In this document: one piece after another, positions 53,974 to 61,165 of the stretch
Layout of the letters: the number at the start of each line of letters is the position of its first letter
Numbering within the stretch: the stretch's first letter is position 1
Source: a virus
Taxonomy: Duplodnaviria; Caudoviricetes
Virus record (IMG/VR): IMGVR_UViG_3300042478_002789
Coordinates: 1-61,165 of that record
Length of the DNA stretch: 61,165 nucleotides
Direction: 5' to 3' (one strand)
Position numbers and translations under genes: made by a program
Notes under the pieces: generated by a model
What the model was told of the DNA's origin: nothing
Seen by the model: the letters and a program-made list of their open reading frames with translations, nothing else
Databases searched by the model: none

Positions 53974-54274
53974 CCAACACGGCTCCCACGATCTCTACGG
54001 GGTTACCCTCCTTGTCGCGCAGCGCTGCTTCGCGCATCACGGAGAGAGGCACCCCATGCTGGAGGGCGAGGGATACGAGGGTGGCGGCGGTGCAGCAAAT
54101 GGCATATAGGTCCGTGCCCGCCCGGGGCCCCGAGATGAAGACCTCCCACACCTTCCCGCCGAGGGTGGAGTAGGAGAGGTGGTAGCGCTCCCCGTTGAAG
54201 AGGAGTTCCTCAACGGTGCTTTCGCGCCGGTTGGGCAAACGGAAACGTGAACTGGAGAGTGCTGCGGATGACAT
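53948..54274 (-). CDS. Stand-alone class II RNR C-terminal (TSCPD-like) domain
   Basis: RLPNRR, EVFI, SLALQHGVPL. Confidence 0.7.
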   Translation of the reverse strand: MSSAALSSSRFRLPNRRESTVEELLFNGERYHLSYSTLGGKVWEVFISGPRAGTDLYAICCTAATLVSLALQHGVPLSVMREAALRDKEGNPVEIVGAVLDVLSASGA

Positions 54275-54398
54275 AGACGGTACCTTCCTTTTCGACCCAG
54301 ACCTTGACTTCGTGGCCGCGCTTCCTCCAGTACGCCCGGATGGAAGAGGCTAGCCGCTCACTGTGGAATTTGCTGCCGAGGTAGTCAGGCCAGTCCAT
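54210..54398 (-). CDS. Hypothetical protein
   Basis: LA..I..YW..RG..V.VWVE..IRS. Confidence 0.6.
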   Translation of the reverse strand: MDWPDYLGSKFHSERLASSIRAYWRKRGHEVKVWVEKEGTVYVIRSTLQFTFPFAQPARKHR

Positions 54399-56655
54399 CC
54401 GGGTTGTCCTTCTTGCGCTTGCCCCAGTTCATCCCTGTTTGGGATTCCCACGGGATCGTCATCTCCCGAATGTTACCCCATATGTCCTTTACCTGCAAGG
54501 GAAATGTCAGCGCCTCCACGATGCGGGGCACCAGGGTGTCCTTGAGGTGCAGGGGGATCTGGCCGAAGGCAGCATCGTGGATGTTGTTGAGGATCTGCAC
54601 CTCCGGGAGGGTTTGGCGGATGGCGAGGAGGCCCCGCGCGGTCATGTCCCCCACGGTACTCTGGGGCACGTAGGCGATGGCCGCCCTTATGGTGGTGTCG
54701 TCGCGGGGGTTCTCCCAGAAGTTGCGCCGCCGACCAAAGGGGGTGACTAGGTGGCGCTCCGTCTGCACCTGCTGGGCCACCCAGACCTGCCACTTCTTGA
54801 GGTTGGGGAAGGTGCGGAAGTACTTGGATTGGAACTCCTCGATGAGCTTGGTCTCCACCTTGAGGACGCGCGCGATGGTGTAGGCGCTGCCCCCGTAATT
54901 GCTGTTGCCAGTGACCATGATCTTGTTGTTGCGCCGCACCAGGAAGTAGGAGGTGGGCACGGTGAGGCAGTGCACTGGCGTCCCCTCAGTGGGGATCTTG
55001 GTGACCTTCAGGTGGGACGCGCGACTCAAGGTGCGCCGGTTGAGATTGGCCTTGTGGACGATGCTGCCAAAGCCACTGAGGGTGGTTCCCTGGTAGGTGG
55101 TTCCCTTCCCGCACAGGGCGGCGATGGTCTGGTACCAATCGATGGTTTCCTTGCGGACGCTATGGAAGCTGACATGGGTCTTGCCCACGTGGGAGTCCCA
55201 GTGGCGGGTCTCATCGAGCCATGCCTCAAGGGCTGCACGGGACCACCCCAAGAGGTAGGGGCCGGGCAGCTTGAAGCCATCGGGGTTGAATACCTTGCGG
55301 GAGATGGTGCAGGACTTTGCGCCCTTGCTATCCGTCACCCAGTTTTGGGGGCCGAAGAGGAAGTCAACCCGCTTGATCTTGCGCGGCTTCTTGAGGTGGA
55401 AGCGGAGGTTGCCCGAGGTGCTGCTGCCATCGGCTTGCAGGGCGGCAATGCGCCTTGCCTCAAGGGGGGTGACGGTCTGCTGGCCCCCGACATAGTGGCC
55501 GACCACGGGCAGGCGAGCAGAGGAAGGGAGGGCTTCGGCTGGTGCCACCTTGAACTTGTTGTCGGTGGTGTAGGGCATCCGGTGATCGTGGGTGGCAAGG
55601 AGGGAATAGGCCGTGCCCTCGAACTGATGGAGGGTTCCCTCGTAGAGGAAGCTGGTCACCCCCAAGGTGGGCTGGAAGGAGATGGATCCATCGGTGTCCC
55701 AGCAGGCGACGCGCATCCCCACATTGATGGTGTTGATGGGTTGCCACCCAGAGGGGGTCAGGACCTCGTGGTCGGAGGTGAGGCACCCATGGGCCGCCCT
55801 CTTGGCAATGTCGCGGTAGGACATCTCGCGGTAATATTTGCGGTCGGCCAACTCACGGCGGGGCTCGAAGCCGAAGACCATGGCGGCCACCATCGTGTGT
55901 ACGTCCCCCGACTCGATGGCCTTGATGTAGTTCTCGTCCCCCGCCACGTAACCGACGACGCGAGCCTCTGCCCCCTGCTGGTCGCAGTTGAAGAAGATGT
56001 GGCCGGGGTCGGGGATGAAGATGCGGCGGATGTAGTCGTCGATGTTCTGGAGGTTGGAGCCCATCCCAAAGGGATGCTCGCTGCTGGACCAGCGCCCGGT
56101 GTCGGTGCCGGCGATGTTGAAGTTTGCATGCCAGCGCCCCGAGGGAGAGAGCTTCTTGGTGAGGGTCTCCACCGTCTTTTCGAGGTCGCGCATCTTCAGG
56201 AGGTGGGAGGTGACGGGCATGGCCCGCGAGTACTCCCGGTGCAGGCGCTCCAAGGCGTCGCGGTCGGTGGATACTTTCTTCTCGCCCTTCTTGGAAACGA
56301 TAACCTGGGGGAGGAAGAGGCGGGTATAGAGGAGATCTTGTAGCTGCAGGTAGCTGCGGGGATTGAAGGTCTTGCCCCACACCCCGGTGCAGAGGGCGTC
56401 GAAGTTCTGCTCGATGCGATCAAGGCGACCCTGGAGGTGGGCCACCATGCCGTCGCGCTTCTCGGTGTCGACGAGGATGCCCCGCTCCATCATTTCGAGG
56501 ACGAGGGGGAGGAGGGAGCGCTCGAACTCGTAGGTGGGGGAGTGGGGCAGGGCGGCATCGACCTCCATGGTCATTAGGCCGTCGAGCCCATTATAGACCA
56601 TTTGCTGGAGGGCAAGGTCCATTGAGGGCAGGTTGTCCGTCTCGATGATACGCAA
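54385..56655 (-). CDS. polA: Family A DNA polymerase, polymerase subunit (intein-containing)
   Basis: TGRWSS, NLQNI, DQQGAEAR (motif A), KRAAHG/SNYG (motif B), IHDA (motif C). Confidence 0.93.
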   Translation of the reverse strand: MRIIETDNLPSMDLALQQMVYNGLDGLMTMEVDAALPHSPTYEFERSLLPLVLEMMERGILVDTEKRDGMVAHLQGRLDRIEQNFDALCTGVWGKTFNPRSYLQLQDLLYTRLFLPQVIVSKKGEKKVSTDRDALERLHREYSRAMPVTSHLLKMRDLEKTVETLTKKLSPSGRWHANFNIAGTDTGRWSSSEHPFGMGSNLQNIDDYIRRIFIPDPGHIFFNCDQQGAEARVVGYVAGDENYIKAIESGDVHTMVAAMVFGFEPRRELADRKYYREMSYRDIAKRAAHGCLTSDHEVLTPSGWQPINTINVGMRVACWDTDGSISFQPTLGVTSFLYEGTLHQFEGTAYSLLATHDHRMPYTTDNKFKVAPAEALPSSARLPVVGHYVGGQQTVTPLEARRIAALQADGSSTSGNLRFHLKKPRKIKRVDFLFGPQNWVTDSKGAKSCTISRKVFNPDGFKLPGPYLLGWSRAALEAWLDETRHWDSHVGKTHVSFHSVRKETIDWYQTIAALCGKGTTYQGTTLSGFGSIVHKANLNRRTLSRASHLKVTKIPTEGTPVHCLTVPTSYFLVRRNNKIMVTGNSNYGGSAYTIARVLKVETKLIEEFQSKYFRTFPNLKKWQVWVAQQVQTERHLVTPFGRRRNFWENPRDDTTIRAAIAYVPQSTVGDMTARGLLAIRQTLPEVQILNNIHDAAFGQIPLHLKDTLVPRIVEALTFPLQVKDIWGNIREMTIPWESQTGMNWGKRKKDNPDGLA
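54904..55785 (-). mobile_element. Intein (294 aa) in PolA motif B, with a degenerate LAGLIDADG-type endonuclease
   Basis: N-terminal CLTSDHEVLT..GW; block B ATHDHR; AALQADG; C-terminal VHCLTVP...VTGN; +1 Ser. Confidence 0.92.
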
Positions 56656-56815
56656 GGTCGAACTCCAATGCGTGTGAGAGTTGGATGAGGAGGGCGAGGG
56701 CGTGGCTGCGCGCAAGGGGAATGCGGGTGAGGTTGCCGTCCACCACCACGTTGGCCGTCATGCCCTCCGAGGTGGAGGTGACGAAGAGGAGGGACGACGG
56801 CTTGTACTCAATCAT
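56591..56815 (-). CDS. Hypothetical protein between the polymerase halves
   Basis: Overlaps both neighbours; operon packing. Confidence 0.5.
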   Translation of the reverse strand: MIEYKPSSLLFVTSTSEGMTANVVVDGNLTRIPLARSHALALLIQLSHALEFDLAYHRDGQPALNGPCPPANGL

Positions 56816-57134
56816 AGATGATCTTGCGGTTGATGGTGCGGCCCTCGTCCATCATGCGCTGGACGGCGCGGCGGAAGTAGTCGTAGTCGATTCCCAGGAT
56901 GGCGCACATCCCCTTTAGCTCGGTGGGCTTGGAGGAGAAGATGATGTCGCGGGCCGACTTGCGATCCCGTGGCTTGGCATTGGGGTTGGTGGCGTCGTCC
57001 ACGGCTTGCACGATGACGGCCAGCAACAGTTTCTTCTCGGGGGTGAGGGTCCGGTCGGTATCTTCGTGGGCAAGGTTGTACGCGAAGGAGTCGAAGTCTG
57101 GATGGAGGAGGGAGTTGACGCGCTGCTTACTCAT
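56808..57134 (-). CDS. Conserved hypothetical protein
   Basis: PEK.LL.AVI.QAV.DA...C...GID. Confidence 0.7.
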   Translation of the reverse strand: MSKQRVNSLLHPDFDSFAYNLAHEDTDRTLTPEKKLLLAVIVQAVDDATNPNAKPRDRKSARDIIFSSKPTELKGMCAILGIDYDYFRRAVQRMMDEGRTINRKIIYD

Positions 57135-58098
57135 CCTTCTTGTTCCTGTCCTTTACCTTTCCGACGCGCATCAGCTTCCATGATTTCTCGTTGCAGTAGA
57201 TGCTGCCCAGGAACCCGAGGGACTTGAGCCACTCGATCTCGTTGGAGTGGGACTTCAGCATCGTATCCTCTACGGGATATCGGATCTTCATACCCATCTC
57301 GATGAGATAGGTCAAGTCATACACGGCGTTGTGCGCCACTTTGCGCAGGGGGGAAGCCATCAGCTTCTGGACCCGCAGCCACATGGCCACTTCGGTTTCG
57401 AGATCCCAGAAGGATTCGGGGAACCAGATGGGCAGGACGTACACCTTGGTGGGCGAGGGGGCAAAGCAGATCATGGTGATCTGGCCCCGCGAGGTCTCGA
57501 TGTCGAAGGCGAACTGTCCCTCCTTGAAGATATCCGCAACCGCTGCATCCATGTCGGCCACGCTCTCCACGATGTGGATGCGTCGGCGGGGGAAGGTGCT
57601 GCGGGGCTTGAGGGATTCCTGCCACGCCTTGCGCATATCCATGGCCACCACGGGCAGGAGGCCCTGCTGCTTGACGATGGCGCGGGGGTTGTGCGTGGGG
57701 ATGACGCGGATGCCGTTGTCGTAGTAGAGGATGTTGCCCCGGTGGTCCGAGAGGTTCTCCCCCGTCAGGCACCACAAGGAGAAGTCACCCATGGCGAGGA
57801 TAAGGTTGTGGCCCTTGGCCACCTCGCGCGCCTTCTGGTAGTGGGGGAGATACTTGCCCTTGAGGATGCCGGCTTTGTGGCGCGGGTTGCCGGCGTCATC
57901 CAGGGGGCAATCCTTCTTCTTGTGGAAGAAGTTGTTGGGATTGCCGTAGGGGGCAAGGTCGGGGAAGACTGTATGGATTTCGTGGGGGCCGAGGTCGGCA
58001 TAGCGCGCGGCCATCTCGAAGAGGGCGGCGGGGTACCCGGAGAGGGGCTTGCCCTCCTTGAGATCCTGGATGCTGGGATAGTCGAGGAGGACAAGCAT
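57127..58098 (-). CDS. UDG-like domain plus 3'-5' exonuclease (N-terminal part of the split PolA)
   Basis: GKPLSG, LAMG, PTHNP (family-4 UDG-like); FDIET (ExoI); AHNAVYD (ExoII); DTML. Confidence 0.85.
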   Translation of the reverse strand: MLVLLDYPSIQDLKEGKPLSGYPAALFEMAARYADLGPHEIHTVFPDLAPYGNPNNFFHKKKDCPLDDAGNPRHKAGILKGKYLPHYQKAREVAKGHNLILAMGDFSLWCLTGENLSDHRGNILYYDNGIRVIPTHNPRAIVKQQGLLPVVAMDMRKAWQESLKPRSTFPRRRIHIVESVADMDAAVADIFKEGQFAFDIETSRGQITMICFAPSPTKVYVLPIWFPESFWDLETEVAMWLRVQKLMASPLRKVAHNAVYDLTYLIEMGMKIRYPVEDTMLKSHSNEIEWLKSLGFLGSIYCNEKSWKLMRVGKVKDRNKKDE

Positions 58099-58103
58099 GG
58101 TAT

Positions 58104-58335
58104 CTCCGGGGAATTGAGGTGGCGGTGGGCAGTACCCCCTAAACGCGAAGCTACGGTGTAAAGTACTGCCTTGCTGCTCTTGGACGCCGCCACTCGCCCT
58201 CAACTACACACCGCAGCTATGGTGGGAGAGGGGTGGTGGTGGAGACAGGTGCATCACGGCCCTGAGGTGCAGGGATGCGTGTGTCTCCTTGAGGGCGCCA
58301 CCACACGCCCTTCGGGGTAGCCTCAGGTACCCCGA
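58104..58335 (-). ncRNA. Candidate structured RNA (hairpins plus pseudoknot or switch)
   Basis: Seven or more complementary segment pairs read by eye; see findings. Confidence 0.45.
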
Positions 58336-58734
58336 TTACGCCGCCGCGAAGTCCACGACGTTGGTGTAGTCCTTGCCGTTGGACCCCTTGGTGGTGGCGT
58401 ACACGATCACGGCTTCGAGGCCCACCATGTTCTCGAACTGCTCCTTCCACGCCACGCCGTCAGCGAGGGACGGATAGAGCTTCTTGAGGTTGCGCTTGGT
58501 GTACTTCTTGGCGGCGGGGGTGAAGTACATGCGGCCAGTGCGCAGCGGGCGGTTGAGTTCCACGCCGGTCATGTCCTGGCCGGAGAGGGCATCGCGCACC
58601 TTGAATTCGAGGACGACGTAGGGCTTGTCCTCGGCGGCGTCAATCTGGTAGCCCGAGACGTAGGCCAGGTACTTGCCCGGCGGGATGTCGCGGATGTCCT
58701 CGATGTCGCCGGGGGTCGTGTTCCAAAAGTCCAT
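58336..58734 (-). CDS. ssDNA-binding protein-like
   Basis: IPPGKY motif; OB-fold-like; downstream of the AAA ATPase. Confidence 0.65.
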   Translation of the reverse strand: MDFWNTTPGDIEDIRDIPPGKYLAYVSGYQIDAAEDKPYVVLEFKVRDALSGQDMTGVELNRPLRTGRMYFTPAAKKYTKRNLKKLYPSLADGVAWKEQFENMVGLEAVIVYATTKGSNGKDYTNVVDFAAA

Positions 58735-58747
58735 TTTCGATTCTCCT

Positions 58748-59500
58748 TTACGATTCGATCTGCTTGAAGATGGCACCCAGATCGAATGGTGCCTCTGCCT
58801 GCACCCGGTGGGGTGCGCTGCATTTCAGGTAACCCATATCACGAGTGGTCTGCGTGTGCAAGACCGGCTTTCCATCTTTTCGCGAGGCGAGCCACACGTT
58901 GTTCATGTAGCGCGCGACGACGTTGGGAAGCTGCTGCCCCAAGAAGGAGGGGAAGGCGCGCATGAGACCGCCGGTCTTCTTGTTCTCGATGAGGCGGATG
59001 TGGGCGATGAGGATGAGGTGGAAGTTGTAGCGGTCGCTGGTGAGGCGCGCAACCTGGTTCTCGAAGCGCTTGTTCATCACGCCCCACATCGACTGGTCGA
59101 AGCCCGCCTTGTCGTCGGAGATGCCGTTCTCCTTGAGGACCTGCGACATGCAGGTATCGTTCCAGAAGGTGGCGCTGTCGACGACGAGCACGGTGTTGCT
59201 ATCCCACGTGGTGAGATCACCGAGGTCCTCCTCAGGAAGCTTCCACTGGGTGGTAAGGGCAATGGACTTCTTCCACGAGTCGGGGTCCTTGGCGGGGATG
59301 CTGTAGTAGGAGACGTTGCTACCCTTGCCCTCCTGCAGGTAGGCGTTGAGGATGGCGAGGTTGTTGTCGAGGTCGAGGATGCGGACCTTGTAGTCCTTGT
59401 TGGCCAAGGTGGCCATGAGTCCGGTCTTCCCTGCCCCGGGGTCACCTAGGAGGAGAAGCTTCACTCGCTTCTGGTTTGGGTGGTTGAGGAAGGATGGCAT
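58748..59500 (-). CDS. AAA ATPase, Sak4-like annealase
   Basis: GDPGAGKT, LDLD, VVDSAT, ILIAH. Confidence 0.8.
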   Translation of the reverse strand: MPSFLNHPNQKRVKLLLLGDPGAGKTGLMATLANKDYKVRILDLDNNLAILNAYLQEGKGSNVSYYSIPAKDPDSWKKSIALTTQWKLPEEDLGDLTTWDSNTVLVVDSATFWNDTCMSQVLKENGISDDKAGFDQSMWGVMNKRFENQVARLTSDRYNFHLILIAHIRLIENKKTGGLMRAFPSFLGQQLPNVVARYMNNVWLASRKDGKPVLHTQTTRDMGYLKCSAPHRVQAEAPFDLGAIFKQIES

Positions 59501-59670
59501 TTCTGGCTCCAATCTATTTCATAATCGTAGGCCCAAGAGGACGACCCATCCGGGAGGATGATGTCGTAGATGCTACCTAGCAGGTCGTAGCCGTGGGGGT
59601 CAACAACTTTTATGGGGGTCCCGGCGGGGTGCGGGCCGAGGGGGGTCTTCAGTTTGTAATCTGCTGCCAT
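59461..59670 (-). CDS. Hypothetical protein
   Basis: ORF fills the operon gap. Confidence 0.45.
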   Translation of the reverse strand: MAADYKLKTPLGPHPAGTPIKVVDPHGYDLLGSIYDIILPDGSSSWAYDYEIDWSQKCHPSSTTQTRSE

Positions 59671-59757
59671 AGCCACACACCAGCGAGGATGGGGAGGACG
59701 AGGGAAGCGCCGAGGGAGACAACGATGAGGATGGCCGCCGCCCACGGAACGAGTTCG

Positions 59758-60177
59758 TCAATAGCTAGATACCACGCCCGCCTCGCGAAAGAGGTCACGT
59801 GAGAGGAAAGCTTCCGCGCCCCATCGCGAAGCAAACTCGGAAGACATTGGAGATGATACCACACGGCGGATTCCTTTCGAGATGACGGAGAGAGCGCAGT
59901 TGCAGCAGGGCGGGTGGGTGACGTAGAGGGTGGCACCTTGCGTGGGGAAGTGTGCGTTGTCAAGCACGTTGCGCTCGGCGTGGATGGTGTAGCGCAGCTT
60001 GATGTCCCGGTCGTTGAGGCGGGAGGCGGAGTCGAGTACGCCCCCAGGGAACCCATTGTACCCCAGGGCGACCTGCCGCTTGTCGGTGCCCACGAGGACT
60101 GCGCCCACCTTGGTGCTGGGGTCCTTGCTCCACGTGGAGATGTGGTGGGCAAGGGCGAGGAAGCGCTCATCCCACAT
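59758..60177 (-). CDS. dCMP deaminase
   Basis: WSKDPSTKVGAV, GYNG, HAE, PCCNC. Confidence 0.93.
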   Translation of the reverse strand: MWDERFLALAHHISTWSKDPSTKVGAVLVGTDKRQVALGYNGFPGGVLDSASRLNDRDIKLRYTIHAERNVLDNAHFPTQGATLYVTHPPCCNCALSVISKGIRRVVSSPMSSEFASRWGAEAFLSRDLFREAGVVSSY

Positions 60178-60404
60178 TAGGCCACGCGCCACACCCGCAG
60201 GCCACGGACGCCGTTTTCTTCGACGGTGCGCACCGTGAAACTGGAGCCCAGCTTCTTGCGGCACCGATTGATGGAGTTGCTAAGGGTGGAGCGCACCTGG
60301 GTTGCTACGAAGAAGGAGTCGCCCACCTGCATGAGGTCAAGGGGGTACTTGATGGGGCGGCCCCGGCGCGGGGGGATGGGCAGGTTGTTCTGGATCTCGA
60401 TCAT
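60177..60404 (-). CDS. Small putative DNA-binding protein; paralog of 9110..9352
   Basis: LPIP..KYP...M.VGDSF...GLRVWRVA. Confidence 0.75.
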   Translation of the reverse strand: MIEIQNNLPIPPRRGRPIKYPLDLMQVGDSFFVATQVRSTLSNSINRCRKKLGSSFTVRTVEENGVRGLRVWRVA

Positions 60405-60688
60405 GTCTCATTCCTTTCTATGCGGAGAGTGTATCCTGCTACCAGCAGGACAGAGTGGAAGTCAAGGAGGTTGGGTGTGCGATCCCCGCGTAGCCACTTG
60501 CGGAGGGTTTGACGGTGTATACCGGCGCGCTTGCAGGTGTCAAGCAGGAAGCCGGCGTCGTCGGCAAGGATGGCACCGAGTTGCTGGATGAGGGGATCAA
60601 CGTCGGGGAAGACTCCCTTGTAGTTGGCCTTGGCTGCGGCGAACATGGCTTTCTCTTGGCGCACCCGCAGGGGCACCTGGTGTGTCAT
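60401..60688 (-). CDS. XRE/Cro-type HTH protein
   Basis: CKRAGIHRQTLRKW..G..TP.L......GY. Confidence 0.75.
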   Translation of the reverse strand: MTHQVPLRVRQEKAMFAAAKANYKGVFPDVDPLIQQLGAILADDAGFLLDTCKRAGIHRQTLRKWLRGDRTPNLLDFHSVLLVAGYTLRIERNET

Positions 60689-60957
60689 GTTACGTCCTTT
60701 CCTGCGAGGAGGTCGCGAGCCAGGGAGGGTGCATCCCAGAAGCCGTCACCCTCCACGATCTTCTGGAGACCGGCGCGGTAGCGGGCGATCTCATCTCGGA
60801 GGGCGTCGCCTTCAGCCAGTTCGCGATTTAGTCTTTCCAACTCCTCCACGCGGGCGCGGAGGCTATCAGTTAGAATTGTCGCAAGTCGAGCGCATTCCAA
60901 ATGCTCCTCTTTAAGCCTTCTATTCTCGATTCGCAGCTTGCTCACGATGTCGCTCAT
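60685..60957 (-). CDS. Last array cassette protein
   Basis: MSDIVSKLR after the junction; LRARVEELE block. Confidence 0.8.
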   Translation of the reverse strand: MSDIVSKLRIENRRLKEEHLECARLATILTDSLRARVEELERLNRELAEGDALRDEIARYRAGLQKIVEGDGFWDAPSLARDLLAGKDVT

Positions 60958-60969
60958 GGCTTGGCCTCC
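60953..60969 (-). repeat. Cassette-junction repeat copy
   Basis: ctcatggcttggcctcc, exact copy. Confidence 0.97.
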
Positions 60970-61165
60970 TTCAGGGCAGCGAGCAGGGCTTTGAATTTCT
61001 CTCCCCAATACCAACTGCGCTCGTAAGCGAAAAAATCGTCTGCTGCTGCGCGGATGCGCTCCAGCACCTCCACGCGGGCGCGGAGGCGGGTGATCTCCCT
61101 CGCTGCGTCCAATTGAATTTCTGGTGAATCATAATAAGAGTACATCGTGTTTTCTGTTAAGAGAC
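60954..61165 (-). CDS. Array cassette protein; starts across the window junction (ATG at 5..3)
   Basis: MSLLTENTMYSYY...EITRLRARVEVLE...ALKEAKP if the ends overlap by 1 nt. Confidence 0.8.
   Translation of the reverse strand, partial: LLTENTMYSYYDSPEIQLDAAREITRLRARVEVLERIRAAADDFFAYERSWYWGEKFKALLAALKEAKP

Noticed and set aside
54751-56343. 530-aa plus-strand ORF
   Set aside because: Antisense to polA and its intein.
58234-58290. tRNA gene (stem followed by ACCA)
   Set aside because: Only about 52 nt, with no D-loop, anticodon arm or TTC loop; kept only as part of the structured-RNA candidate.
60401-60688. Lysogeny module
   Set aside because: An XRE HTH is present, but no integrase, divergent repressor pair or partition ATPase was recognised; lifestyle is undetermined.

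Overview
The window appears to be a complete, circularly permuted ~61 kb tailed dsDNA phage genome with podovirus-like architecture. The host is probably a GC-rich proteobacterium, possibly an alphaproteobacterium (inference). The two ends join into one intact gene if the terminal C is counted once. The plus strand (13.6-53.4 kb) carries dps, gmd, a P-loop helicase-like gene, terminase, portal, GroES, scaffold, capsid, tail and ejection proteins, a glycosylation cluster and lysis genes. The minus strand (12.4 kb down to 1, continuing from 61.1 kb down to 53.4 kb) carries early and replication genes: a GP88-like protein, rIIA/rIIB, a Cas4-like nuclease, dCMP deaminase, a Sak4-like ATPase, an SSB, and a split PolA with an intein. 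The most striking feature is a ~3.9 kb array of about 16 short genes spanning the window junction. Nearly every gene boundary is the same module, GGAGGCCAAGCC-ATGA, which serves as SD, EAKP-stop and next start at once. Many of these genes also share a second internal block (EITRLRARVE), suggesting a recombination-shuffled gene-cassette array. Other notable items are a duplicated iteron/IHF origin-like element, a GT/AC-depleted gene in an AT-rich island, and a pseudoknot-like structured leader upstream of the split polymerase. All calls come from reading motifs by eye; no database searches were run.
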